Positions 1 to 11,902 of a stretch of DNA of 64,000 bases are shown in pieces. This stretch comes from Sarea resinae. Its lineage: Eukaryota. Where the stretch lies: contig JAPEUD010000010.1 of assembly GCA_026026165.1 (NCBI GenBank), forward strand, positions 372,001 to 436,000. The letters are read 5' to 3'. A program made the translations under genes and the position numbers. A model generated the notes under the pieces. It saw only the letters and a list, made by a program, of their open reading frames with translations. It did no database searches and was not told where the DNA came from. Positions within the stretch are counted from its first letter, which is position 1. Each line of letters opens with the position of its first letter.

Positions 1-552
1 ATCTGTGATCAGTTACGCCAAATGATTGCGTCGCTACGCCGAACTGAACAAGACCCTTCCGATCCGTTCATTGGTATGTAATAGGACTAGAACGTGTCTG
101 CATCTTTTAATATACGTCTTATAGGGTCTATTAATCGCGGAGCTCTACTCGACTATATCTTCCAGGGCAAGCCAAAAGGCGGCCCTTTTGCCAACATCAG
201 TCTTTTTCACGATTGGCTTTCTTGGCTGCCTTGGAGATGGTTACCTCCTTCGCAGAATTTCGTGGATCCCTACAAATCACTTCTGCCAGATACCGGCACC
301 ATCACTTTGACCCACTGTGACCTGCACCGAGGTAATATAATTATCTCTACGACAGCTCCACCTAGAGTTCTAGCAATTGTCGATTGGGGCCAGTCTGGCT
401 GGTATCCTGACTATTGGGAATATTGCAAAGCATGTTATACTGCTCCAGATTGGGAAGAGTGGCGAAGCGAATGGATCCCAACCTTTCTTAGTCCACGAAT
501 GGAGGAAGCAGAAATAGTATCAGAATACGTTATCGCAATGGGATCCGTATGA
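1..552 (+). CDS. APH/choline-kinase-like phosphotransferase, 5'-truncated by the window edge
   Basis: Frame 1 reads ICDQLRQMIASLRRTEQDPSDPFI-G, then a GT-AG intron at 74-124, then SINRG...HCDLHRGNII...IVDWGQSGWYPDYWEY. This contains the Brenner HxDxxxxN motif and the DW..SGWYP.YWEY motif typical of fungal APH-family proteins. Confidence 0.85.
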
Positions 553-1445
553 AACGAGATTTTGTGAGGCAAAGAAGGTTAAGGAGATGATGGCGGCTTT
601 CTTCGAGTCTGTGGAGTCTACTGTACTTGTTAAAGGACGCGGTGATTAGTGGAGGAGGTTTCAGGCTCTTGTCCCCGTCAGACTGAAACAATGAGGTCGG
701 TGGGGAAATGCTTAAATGGCCACGGCCGTGGTGTAGTGGAACGTCGCTGCCAATGCTCCAATTCGTACTTGCGACTGTGAGCAGAGAGATGTCACTTTCA
801 TCTCTTTGGGGGACAAAGAAGACAATCTCATGGGAAGAGCAGCGTTGCAGCTGGTGCCGACTATGATATCCGGTTACGTGCGTTGGGAAGAGGATGAAGA
901 ACCAGGATCGAGAACCGTGCCGGCAGCTACAGGCACGTTGTACGGGATAAGGTGATTGGAGTGCAGAGGCAGAACGGTACAAGTAAAGGCATGACTTTAT
1001 CAATATTACACGGAAGAGCAGTGATGCGACGGTGAAATACTATAGTACGGTTCTAACAACAGCGAGTGCAGGAAAACGTACTGAAGATGATAGCGTCAAT
1101 CAAATGCCGCCGGAGAGTAAGGACAATCTATAAATTTAAGAGGATAGCAGGGCAAAATAAAGCAGAGATAGTACAGCACACTTAGAACAAAAAGGAGAGA
1201 TAAGAATGTTGGAGTTGACGCCGCCATTGTCTTGTTTAGAACACTATCGTAGGAAACCTCAATTCTCTGATTGAGGCCACAGCTGCCTGCCGGATGTCAG
1301 AAGAGAGCGTCCAAGAATCAATGGTTGATTAGATGACAAACCTTCTACCGCCAGATCCTATCACACCACCTCAATGCCCATATATTCTACTTCCACACCC
1401 ACGACGAGGCTGCCGGAGCTCGCTGGGCAATGTCTGGCTTTTAAC

Positions 1446-2020
1446 TTAGCCTCGGCCTCGGCCCCGGCCTCTACCAACAGGCTGCAAGCCGACACCGTGA
1501 CTAGGTGGGTCGCGCTGGGACTGTACAATCGCAAGGGCAGTGGGTGCGATGTAGTTGCGATCGACGAGGCGTCTGACATAGTCCGTAGTCCATTCTTGGC
1601 ACCTTCTGTTGGTTGTCTGTATAGAAATTCAGTTCACCACTTTCTTTTTGGACTAAGTAACAAGCTCACATCATTGACGGGCGCCAAGAAATTCTGGCTG
1701 ATTGCAGGCGGGGGCACCTGAGCGGCAACCAGCTCTATGTTCCCTCTCGGTGTATTGTCTTGACCCCTCTCTCCGCTCTTGGGGTCAACTATATGTTGTG
1801 CACTAACTTGTCCAATTGGTACCATAGTGTGAGACCGAGCAGTCATCTCTGGGGAGTAATTGCGTTTGAACTCAAGCATGTAGCCGGCCATAGGTGCCCC
1901 GACGACGTGAATAAGGGTCCCTTTGGAGGGATCAGCGCCAGACGGAACGAATAAGGAGAAATGCGCTCGTTGTGTTGAGATATCGCGAAATGCGACAAGA
2001 TAAATAGTACGAGTGGCCAT
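1446..2020 (-). CDS. Small conserved fungal protein, DUF6540-like (His...Cys-Gln-x-Trp pattern)
   Basis: ATG at 2020 (MATRTIYLVAF..RAHFSLFVP..GTLIHVVG..EFKRNY). An intron at 1617-1669 (GTGAGC...TACAG) joins PVND to TTNRRCQEWTTDYVRRLV..RDPPSHGVGLQPVGRGRGRGRG, with TAA at 1446-1448. Confidence 0.75.
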
Positions 2021-3225
2021 GATGAGCAAATAATGTTGTACTATAAGGTAGGATGTAAAATGTGCAAGTCTATGATGAGGAGCACAGAAGAGGCAATGAA
2101 TGTATAGCGTAAATGTGGTTATTTCGATACCGAAGAGAATGCTTCATTCAGCCAGAGAGGCCGTCTTAAATGATCTTCTGAGATGCTTCGACTGTAATTC
2201 GAAATAGTTGTCATGCATTACCATCCACCTAGCCACCTCCGTGCTTTCCCCACTATGGGATAAATATGAAACCCCCTAGACGCTCTCATTTTCAACATAG
2301 AAGACGAAATGTTTTATCCTCGTCTCTTTCAAAGATAGTAGGATGAGCGCTCTTCTCAGAAGAGGCAGTCGGACGGACCATAGGTCAAGTCAAAAGTCAG
2401 GTCAGACATATCGGCGGTTAGGCTTTGCGGAGTCGCAGCGTCCCGTATCGCCTTACTCTAGTCGCGCGGTTCGCCTGTTTGATCGTCAGAGGACTTCGCC
2501 AAAAATATTGAGAGCCAATCTTAGGGGCAAAACTAGGCTAGCGACAATGACTTCGGCGCTAGATGATGCGGCAATTGTACCAAAGGATCATGCGGCGAAG
2601 GTAAGCTTCACTTTCACCCGGTTGAAGCTTGATCTAGACCTTCGGTCATCATGAGGCGGGTGGGTGAAGAGGCTCTGTGGTACCAAGATGGATTCATCGT
2701 CTAAAAATATTAAAGACTCTTGCAGTGAGGGGAGGTAGAAGCCGGAGGTCGGATTTCGTCTCAGCTACGGGGAGTGAAGCACGCAAATAGCGCCGATGCT
2801 CGATATTGCATCAATACCACTCTTGGCTGCCGTACCGATATCGTGATAACAATTGCAACTAAACCTCCAGTATGATGTGATTGCTGCTTGACTCAACTCT
2901 CCCATATTTGCCCTAGTCTATACTTTCTAATTTTCCTTATCAGCCTGGGGCTTCTCTTGAAATCTTAAAAATATTTCTTCCTTACGTTTCCTCCCAGTCC
3001 CTTCTCATTTCATATCCTTCTTCAATAAACCGACTCTTGATTTGGCCTTGTTGCGATATCGGTTGTGCACTTTGCACTACCGCAGGGCGACCAAATCACC
3101 GCCATCAGCTTTCTATCCTTGTAGGCTCAGCCTTTCTGGGAGCGAGGAAAGCTTGAGGCAAAAATAAAAACGGGATCACAGCTTTATCGATCCGCTGGCG
3201 TCTGTATTCTCATACGTTGTGAAGC

Positions 3226-4658
3226 ATGTGCAGGTTTCTGGTGAGTCTACACCGCAAATGACGCTCACCTTCGAGCGAAGCTGAGATACACCACCCACAG
3301 ATCTACAAAGGAAGAGATGAGATTCTCCTCTCCAAGCTCATTCTCGATCCGACTCATTCCATCCTAAAGCAGTCCTACGACTCTCGACTACGCCTCGTAA
3401 GTCTCTTCCCTTCCAATCATCCCGAAAATGACTCAACCTGTTCAAGGACACTCGTCGGCCTCACAACGGCGATGGCTTCGGCGTGGGCTACTACACACCT
3501 CCCAGCCTGGGCGCCGAACCCTGCATCTTTACCTCGACCATTCCCGCCTGGAATTGCATCAACCTCGAACGTCTAGCTTCCAAAACGACATCCTCCCTCA
3601 TCTTCGCTCATGTCCGCGCCACAACCGAGGGCGCACTCTCTGACAGCAACTGCCATCCCTTTCGTCACAACACGCTTATGTGGATGCACAATGGCAACAT
3701 CGGCAGCTGGAAGTATATCAAGCGACGTCTGGCCGATTCCTTGAACGACCGGTGGTTCCTCGGCGTCCAAGGCGGCACTGATAGTGAATGGGCGTTCGCT
3801 CTTTTCCTAGACAGCATGGAGCGCATGGGCTACGACCCGAGCACCGAACCTTCAGGAAATGGCGGTTTTGGACACGCCGTGATACGGAAGGCGATGCTGA
3901 AGACTATCGAGAGGATCAATCGCTTTATCAAAGATATCCCGGACCACTTCAAGGATACGCCTGACTACGACACCCGCAGCTTGCTGAACTTTGCCGTCAC
4001 AGATGGCCACAGCGTGGTTGCTACACGTTACGTGAGCAGCAAGACCGATGAGGCTGCTAGTCTTTACTTCTCGTCCGGCACGAACTGGAAGCAACACGGC
4101 CCTCCTGGAAACTACAAGATGGAACGACGGGACAAAGGCGCCGATATCGTCCTCGTGGCCAGCGAGCCTCTGACCTTTGAAAGAGGTAAGTCTCAACCCG
4201 CCCTCAAAAGCAGCCCCGATTTTGTATCCTTCCCTTTGTAACACTCTCTCCATAAATTACTCCCAATTGACTAACAGCTTCCAGACAATTGGGTTACAGT
4301 CCCGACTAACAGCATCCTAACAATCCACAAACAAACTGTCATGGTCCACCCCATCATAGATGAATACTACAATCACAGCCCCTCGTACTCGCGCTCCTCC
4401 GGCTTCGCCGTCTCCAAGGGTCTCGTTAGCAACGGTCCCGGTGCCACCATTTCCGCACCAGCTGCTACTGCCACGGCCCCGCCTTCCGCTACTATCGTGC
4501 CACCCGCTACAACATCCCTAACCCCGTCTTCTACTTCAAACACCTCAACACCTTCACCCGGCTCGCTACGCAGTGAGACAGTAGGCGAACATCTGCTCGG
4601 CGGCGCGGATTTGGGAAAATTGGACGACCACATACGTGACGTGACGTTAGCGGCATGA
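3226..4658 (+). CDS. DUG3: Class II (Ntn) glutamine amidotransferase of the glutathione-degradation complex
   Basis: N-terminal MCRFL (Cys2 nucleophile); introns at 3241-3300, 3397-3446 and 4186-4284; motifs NGDGFGVGYY, PAWN, FAHVRA, NCHPF, MHNG, GTDSEWAFALF, ASEPLTFE, WVTVP. Confidence 0.93.
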
Positions 4659-5206
4659 AGACTACCCTCTCTCATTTTCATCTTTGCCGTCTTCTTTAGC
4701 GTCGGCGTCTGGAACCGAAACCCCTCTATCCATTGTTGGCGCCCTAGAAAATTAAAATGTTTGCTCCTTGACGCCTGGTGTCTGTCATGATCCCAATTGT
4801 GGGTATATCTCTATAGATAATCGGATGCAATGAAACTACTTTCTTCACTCGAGATTGAAACTTTGGTTCTCTCCCAAGGTCGCGTGAGATATCAGGCATC
4901 GCTGAATTCTTTTCCAGTGCTGTTTATATCACGTAGAAGGGAAGGGCAAGAGTTGTCATGGTGAGACTCGATGCGGTGAATACATCACCATGATTCTTAT
5001 TTTCTTTCTTTCTTTCTTTCCTTTCCTTTCTTTGCTCTCTTTCCTTTATGTGGGAAAGCATAGGGTAAGATGTGCATGTTGAAGTACAGTTCATTGAATT
5101 GAGGCTCGAGCGATTTCATCGCAAGATTTGTGGTTTGATTTATTTTGCAATAGCACCCTCCGCCCACTTCCCACTTCTCGATTCTTCTACACATATCCAC
5201 TCATCA

Positions 5207-6374
5207 TTACCAGATAGACTTGCCCCCATTCACAAACATGAACGCACCCTCCCTCCAATCAGCGGCGACCTTTTCGTCCAGAAGCCCGCGTTCGACCACG
5301 TCATCGCCATGCATCTCGAGCACCTTGCCCGCGCCATCGACGCCCGCATATGACACCAGCGTCTCGTATCCGCGCATCACGGTCGCCATCGTCGTCGTGA
5401 TGGTGGGAGGCCACTGCGTGAATGAGTCGTGCATCAGGGGCGTGTCGGTCACGGCGGGACAGATGGCCGAGATGGAGATGTTGTCCTGTGCGCTGAGGAA
5501 GGGGGCGAGGGAGCGCACGAGCCCGACGGTCTGTAGCCCACCCCAACGTGTGGGGAGGGGTTGGTTAGCCGATACTCTGTGGGTTGGGGCTTGGAACTTG
5601 TGTGAGATAGGAAGTAGGAGGAATGAGCAAAGTGGTAGTTGTGGCGGTGGCGGTGACAGCAGTATAGAAATAGCGTGATGGAAGAAGAAGAAGAAGAAGA
5701 AGAAGAAGAAGAAGAAGAAGAAGAAGAAGAAGAAGAAGAAGAAGAAGAAGAAGAAGAAGAAGAAGAAGAAGAAGAAGAAGAAGAAGAAGAAGAAGAAGAA
5801 GGAAAGCAGAGAGCCTTACGCCGTGTTTCGCAGTCGAATAGAGGGGCGCTGCTGGCATCGGGTGAATCCCCACTGCGCTGGCCGTCACTATGATCTTTCC
5901 GCCCTTCTCGGTGTGGTCCGACGACACGGGATTCCGTCGCATGTAATGCGCGGCTAGATTGACGGTGTAGACGACGCCTATCATATTCACCTCCAGTACT
6001 TTGGTATTCGGTTTCAATGGCTCCTCGTCTTCGACAGCCGCCTCCCCCTCCTTCGGTCGCGTCCCGTACACGTACGGCGGCGCCTCCGATATGCCGGCAT
6101 TCGCGGCCACGAAGTCGATGCGGCCGTAAGTCTGGAACACGGTCTTGAAGACGGCGGCCAGACTCGGCCACGACGAGGCGTCGCAATGCAGGAACGCGGT
6201 GTTTGGCAGTGACGAGGAGACTTCTTGTCCCAGGGCAGAGTTCAGGTCGGCGATGATGACGTGGTAGCCGCGCGAGAGCAGAAGCTTGGTTATCTCAAGT
6301 CCGATCCCTGAGGCCCCGCCTGTGACGACGGCGATGGGTTTGGTCGTTGGTGTTTGGGTGGTGGGAGCCGCCAT
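5207..6374 (-). CDS. Classical short-chain dehydrogenase/reductase (15-hydroxyprostaglandin-dehydrogenase-like), paralog A
   Basis: Motifs TGGASGIG, ADLN, NAG, TAS and YSTAK. A single 289-nt intron at 5531-5819 joins KHG to TVGLVRSLAPFL; the protein ends GGKSIW. Confidence 0.9.
5681..5800. repeat. Perfect (GAA)40 microsatellite inside the SDR-A intron
   Basis: 120 nt of uninterrupted GAA, read directly. Confidence 0.97.
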
Positions 6375-7243
6375 GGTCGATTACTGCTGCTGTTCTACAC
6401 TGTAAGCTTGAGTTGGCAATTCATCTGTTGATTCTGGTGGTGAGGTGCGGATCAGTGATGCATCCCGTCAGCGAAGGCCAAATCATTTTAAGGCGCCATT
6501 TCGCGCGACGATTGAGCTACGTAGTACTTCGGAGTAATTGAGCGACTCTCATGAGCTGACCGGTCAGCAAGGCCATGAGGTGATCATCGGTGGGCAGATA
6601 CGCGACAATGATGTGGTGCTCGGCAGCGCCGATCCGGGGGCCTCGGGCCCAGGTTAGTGGGGATTGGCGATTGACGAGGCATGACGATCCATGGATGTGG
6701 GAAAGCGTGGAGCGTGGAGCGTGGGAGGGAACGAGGAACGAGGATCGAGGATCGAGGATCAAGAACAACAACAACAACAGCAACAACAACAACCTTGGAA
6801 CCCTTCCACTGCGCCGCATGCAGCTCTTCCCTTTGATCACTCGGGCCCGAACGTTGACGTGTTTCGGTGCCGCCAAACTCTATTCGCACGTCCAAGTATG
6901 GCTGAGCGTGTGGCCCATTGCGACATGGGCCACGGACGATGGTGGGGTAGTCGATTGGGCTTGGACGTAAGCAGTGGCCGAGATACCAGGCGGTAGCTCG
7001 AGATACTTCCATCGTGCCCATTCATGATGCCAATCTCGGGTACCTTCTCTAACATGCAAGTCCTCCCATCCATCCATCCATCCATCCAACATCTGGATGG
7101 GCTGGCGCCGTGGAGCTCTTCTACTCCCTGCCGGGGGAGAAACAGGCATCAGATGAACTCCACGTAACCTCACTTGTGGCTCTCCCTTACCGGACACTCT
7201 TGGAATTGGCTAGCTATGAGAGAGAGGACGCCAGATCCTCGCA

Positions 7244-10200
7244 ATGTCGTCCCATCCCAAAACTCCTGTTGAGCTCGAGGGCCGGACGCCGTCGAGCAAT
7301 TCCGGTGCCGGTGGAGAGACTTCGTCGCAGGAGAACAAACCTGCTGTTCATCATGAGGAAGAGAAGCAGAGAGAGGAATCGAAACGACCACCGGTACTAA
7401 GGCGGATATGGACAGCATTGGATTTGGACACCCCGACCCTGGTCACCATGATCAAGTACGCTCTCTCGAATATCCACTCCCCCAAAACTCGCTCGCTAAT
7501 ATAGGTTGATATTATAGAGGTTCGCTGCCCCCGACCATTGCGCTGGCCTTGTAAGTTAGATTTCTATCCCCGAGCATTGACTACAGCCGTTGCTGATCAG
7601 TCGAGACAGGCTGCAGATTACTCCCATAGCCGATCACTTTCTTACTCAAGGTTACGTATTCCCCGTCGCCTCTGTCTTAGGTCTCTGTATCTTGCCACGG
7701 GCGAAATTCTTTCAAACAATTATACTGGATATTCTTGCCATTTGCTTGTCAGCGGCAATGGCGCTCTTGGCGATATTCTGTTCGGTGCAAGCTCGTGAGC
7801 ACACGACGCCAAAAGTCTCGACAGTGGCAGCACATAACCCATCATCTAATTCCAAGGCTCCATACAACTCTTCGGCTTCCGCTATATGCGCCATATGGCT
7901 CTTCTTCAACATCTATGTCATCAATGCCCTGAGATCCAGATACGTTCCACTTCAGTTCCCGTCAATTGTGTATGCAGTCTTCATCAATATCTCCATGGCT
8001 TTTGCCCCAACTTTTGCTTCCATGGCTCAGGGAAAATCTTTCGTCGCTCGGCTCCTCGAGATTTTTCTCGCAGGATTTGCTCTTGCCACGGCGATATCAT
8101 TGTTGGTCATACCGGTCACCATGAGAACGGTCATCTTCAAAGAGTCTGTCGCGCAGATTGGTGCGTTCCGCCGAACTTTGGCTGCCCAGGGCAGATATCT
8201 GCAAAGTATAGAAGAGAAAGACATGTTCTCGCACCATATTCCGGACGAAGATGGACAAGGATCGAATGAAAAGAAAGCCAGGGAGAAGGGTGAGAAAAAA
8301 AAAGATTTCCAGAAAAGCAATCCCGAGGCAGAAGCACTGAAAGGCGCTATGCGTGCCGTCGCCTCCCTTCATGGAAAGATGCACGGGGACATGCCATTTG
8401 CTAAACGGGAAATCGCCTATGGGAAATTAGGCGCTGACGATATCGAGCAGTTGTTTCGGCTCTTCCGCGGCATTCTACTTCCGATGACCGGAATGAGTTC
8501 TGTAGTCGACATCTACGAAACCGTTGCCGACAAAAGAGGCTGGAACCAGATGGCACAGGATGATATATATGATGAGGGACAGGAAAAGGAGAGGAGGTTC
8601 AATGATATGCAAAAGGCCCTAGCTATAGAGGAGTGGCATAATATCATGAAGTACCTACATGGCCCCTTTGAGTCAATTTTGGATACAATGGACGAGGCTT
8701 TCGAGCACGTCCTATTGGTCTTGGAACTTAAAAAGCGTCCCAGGAGAAGCGATTCCAGGACTGAGGCCCTTGAAGGAGTTCCGAAAGCGCCCGCTGACCT
8801 GGAAGGCAGAGGAGATGGTACAAGGCCAGGAGACGAGGACTTTGCAGAATTCTTGGAGAAGAGGATTCAAGACTTCCATGTCTCGAGGGAAGGGCCCCTG
8901 AAAGAGTGGTCTGAACGAAGAGGCGTGGATATGCCGGACAATTTTTTCAGTGAGCCGTTCCGGCACTTCGGAAACCCGTGCGTCCAATCCGACGATCAAC
9001 GGGAGCACATAAGGGGTCAGCATCAACTATATCTGATATTATATGTGGGTTGCCTAGCATGAATAACGTATCAAATCCGTTATTGCGCTCTTCTCTTGAC
9101 TGAAAGCACTAACGAGGTATCTAGATGGAATTTCTCATGTGGTCAACAGCCAAAGCAGTTCAAGAGCTCGTTCGCTTTGCCGATCTCAAGGTTGAAGATG
9201 GCACAATGAAGAGGTCACGAATGATATTTTGCGGGCTTAGGCGGCTCAAGAAGTGGGCTTTTAGTTTATTCACGTTTCAGGATAGCGGCCTGGATGAGTC
9301 GAATTACGAAGGCTTGTCCTCTGGAGCACAGATTGTCTATCTGGGCGACAGCTTCAAATCTCGAAAAGATCCGGAGCATCTCCCTCCAGCGACCACCTGG
9401 GAACGGCTTACGGACAAGATCAGGGTGCTCCCGAAGATCATTGGATCCGTCGAGTCCGCATTTGGATTTCGTGTTGCGTGCGCTACATTATCCGTTGGAA
9501 TTATCGGGTTTCTACATCAGACCCAGCACTTTTTCATTCAGCAGCGCATTTACTGGGCAATGATTATGATCTCGATTGCTATGACAATAACGGCTGGCTC
9601 GAGCGCCTTTGGGTTCTTCGCAAGGATCATGGCTACTTTTCTTGCCATGGTCATCAGCTTTGTGGTTTATTATATCCCTGACAAGAAGGCCGGGTACGTC
9701 ACTTACGAGTGGAGAGGCTCTGATGGTATACTGACGGAAAATCAGGGGTGTCATTACCCTTTTTTGGTTTGTGACTTTTCTGGGTGGGTAGTCCTTGTGC
9801 TGGATCCCTTTGCATTTGCTGACGTGGACAGAATTCTACTTCTTCGTAAAATTTCCACGCTTCATCATTGCTGCGATAATGACCATTATAACCCAAATTG
9901 TGATCCTCGGGTATGCTCTAGAATGCAATTTAATTATGTCTTGACTAACGTATATATAGGTATGAACTGCAGGTGGGCCAGCTGGGTAAAAAGGTCTCCA
10001 CATCTACTGGACAGCCATTTTACCCTACCTACAAGCTTGCACCTTACAGTAGGTTGCTTGGCAGATGACAGTGAAGCGATTGCTAACATTTGACCTCAGG
10101 GCTAGCAGTCGTTAGTGCTGGCATGGCTGTGGCATTTTTCTGGACCATCTTCCCCTACCCAATCAACGACAGTTCGCAATTGCGAAAGGACCTAGGCTCG

Positions 10201-11021
10201 TCACTCTATCTGCTCGCCAACTATTACTCGTGCGTCCACGAGACGGTGCGTATGCGACTTCGCGGCAAAGAGGGCGACCCAGAGTTGAAGAACAGTCCCG
10301 GCTGCAAACTCAATAAGGCACGCAATCAGGTGTTTTCGAAGGAGATGATGCTCTTGTCTGGACTGAGGCAGCACTCGGACTTTTCGGTCTACGAGTTGAA
10401 GGTCGGAGGCAAGTTTCCGAAACAGAGATATGATACCATCATTGATGGTGTTCAAAAGTATGTACTCAATTCTCTCTCTTCCCCCTCTTCCCATTTATTA
10501 CACATCTAGCTAATTCGTAATTTACGATCAAAAGGATCCTCAATTATATGGCCCTAATGGCCTACTCCAGCGCCGCCTTCTCCCGCACGCACTCCTCCCC
10601 AGACACGGCCGAGACAGAATGGATCGACGACTTCAGCCGGGTCGTCGACAGCGTGCAAGTAACCACACATGCTGTGACCTCGACGTTATGTCTCCTCTCC
10701 AACAGCGTACTAAACGGGCAACCGCTTCCGCCCTACCTGCAGCCGCCGCGCGCCTACGAGCTGAGCCAGCGCCTCGAGGCCATCGATCGCGAGATCCTGA
10801 GCGTCAAACATGTGGCGGAGCCCGGTTATGCCGCCTTCGCTGTCATGCAGGTCGCGTCCGGCCTGGTGGTCTGGGAGGTTGAGAAGTTGGCCAGACATGT
10901 CAAGGCGCTTGTTGGGGTCGTCGATTTCTCGTTTCATATCGTTAGTACGAGTACTAGTCTTGTAGAGAGTGGGAGTGGGAGTGGGAGTGGCAGTGTGGGA
11001 AAGGAGGGGAAGGAGGATTGA
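7244..11021 (+). CDS. Large multi-pass membrane protein of the ArAE/FUSC-like (aromatic acid exporter, Bre4/DUF2421-like) family
   Basis: Nine exons joined through eight GT-AG introns with consistent phase. Motifs include KGSLPPTIALA, PRAKF, KREIAYGKL, KDPEHLPP.T.WE, SAFGFRVACAT, GYELQV, LAPYRLA, FFWTIFPYP, LYLLANYYS, GGKFPK..Y and EPGYAAFAVMQVAS. Confidence 0.85.
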
Positions 11022-11902
11022 TTTGTCGTTTTGGTTTCCGTGGCTTTGAATCAAATGGTGTATGTATGTGGATGGATATGTTTTTGAATCTACGGTGCCA
11101 GGACGCGCCCATGCTAATTGGCGCAGTCGGAATATGGATGGCGGCGATAGTACCACGTATTGTGCCTATATGGACTGAAGATATCCCACCGCTATCCATG
11201 GATTATCGGTCACAATGTGAGGCTGAGGACGCGTGCAATTGCTGCGTTTCTATCTATATAAAGACACTCCTTCCGACTACCTGGAAAAGGGATTTTCACA
11301 AATGCGGCCACATTTTACACATTCCTCCGTGCACCATCGTCGATCCCCGCAAATGCTAGCCCTGTCGGTCCCTTGTCAGGAGATCGGTAGCTTTAACCTT
11401 ACGCCAATAGACTACTACGTAGTGACGCCAGAATCAGGACGCAGCTAGCGGCCATAGCATCCGAGCCGTCTCCCCACCCGTGCTCTGGATTCCAGAGTAC
11501 GCGGAGTAAATATACCGTCCCATCCTATCCATGCTATCGATAGTTGATAACAGCCATCACGAGAGCAGGAGGGGGGAAAGCGGGAAACCGCTCTTTCCGT
11601 GCCGTGTGCAGTCTGCTGCTGCTCGCAGCTCCTATATCGCGCAGCCTGTCTGCACTCTGATCATCCCACTAGACAAGCAATAATGGGCTGTCTTCCTGTC
11701 AGTCTGTCTGTCGGACGTGCGATGACAGGCTCTCGCGGCGGCACAGACGACATATAAACAAAAGATTCGCTGCTGCTGCTGCTGCTGCTGCTGCTCATCA
11801 ATTGCGCAGAATATTCAATCTCTATTCTGACTCCTTCATACTCATTACAGGGCACGTATCATAGGACTCAACCCCCGCAACTACGCACACGCTTTCGCAA
11901 CC

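Noticed and set aside
530..1003. 157-aa minus-strand ORF
   Set aside because: It has a non-ATG start, no motifs and no convincing splice structure.
5449..6186. Poly-Ser, poly-Leu and poly-Glu ORFs
   Set aside because: They are translations of the intronic (GAA)40 tract. The spliced SDR accounts for the locus.
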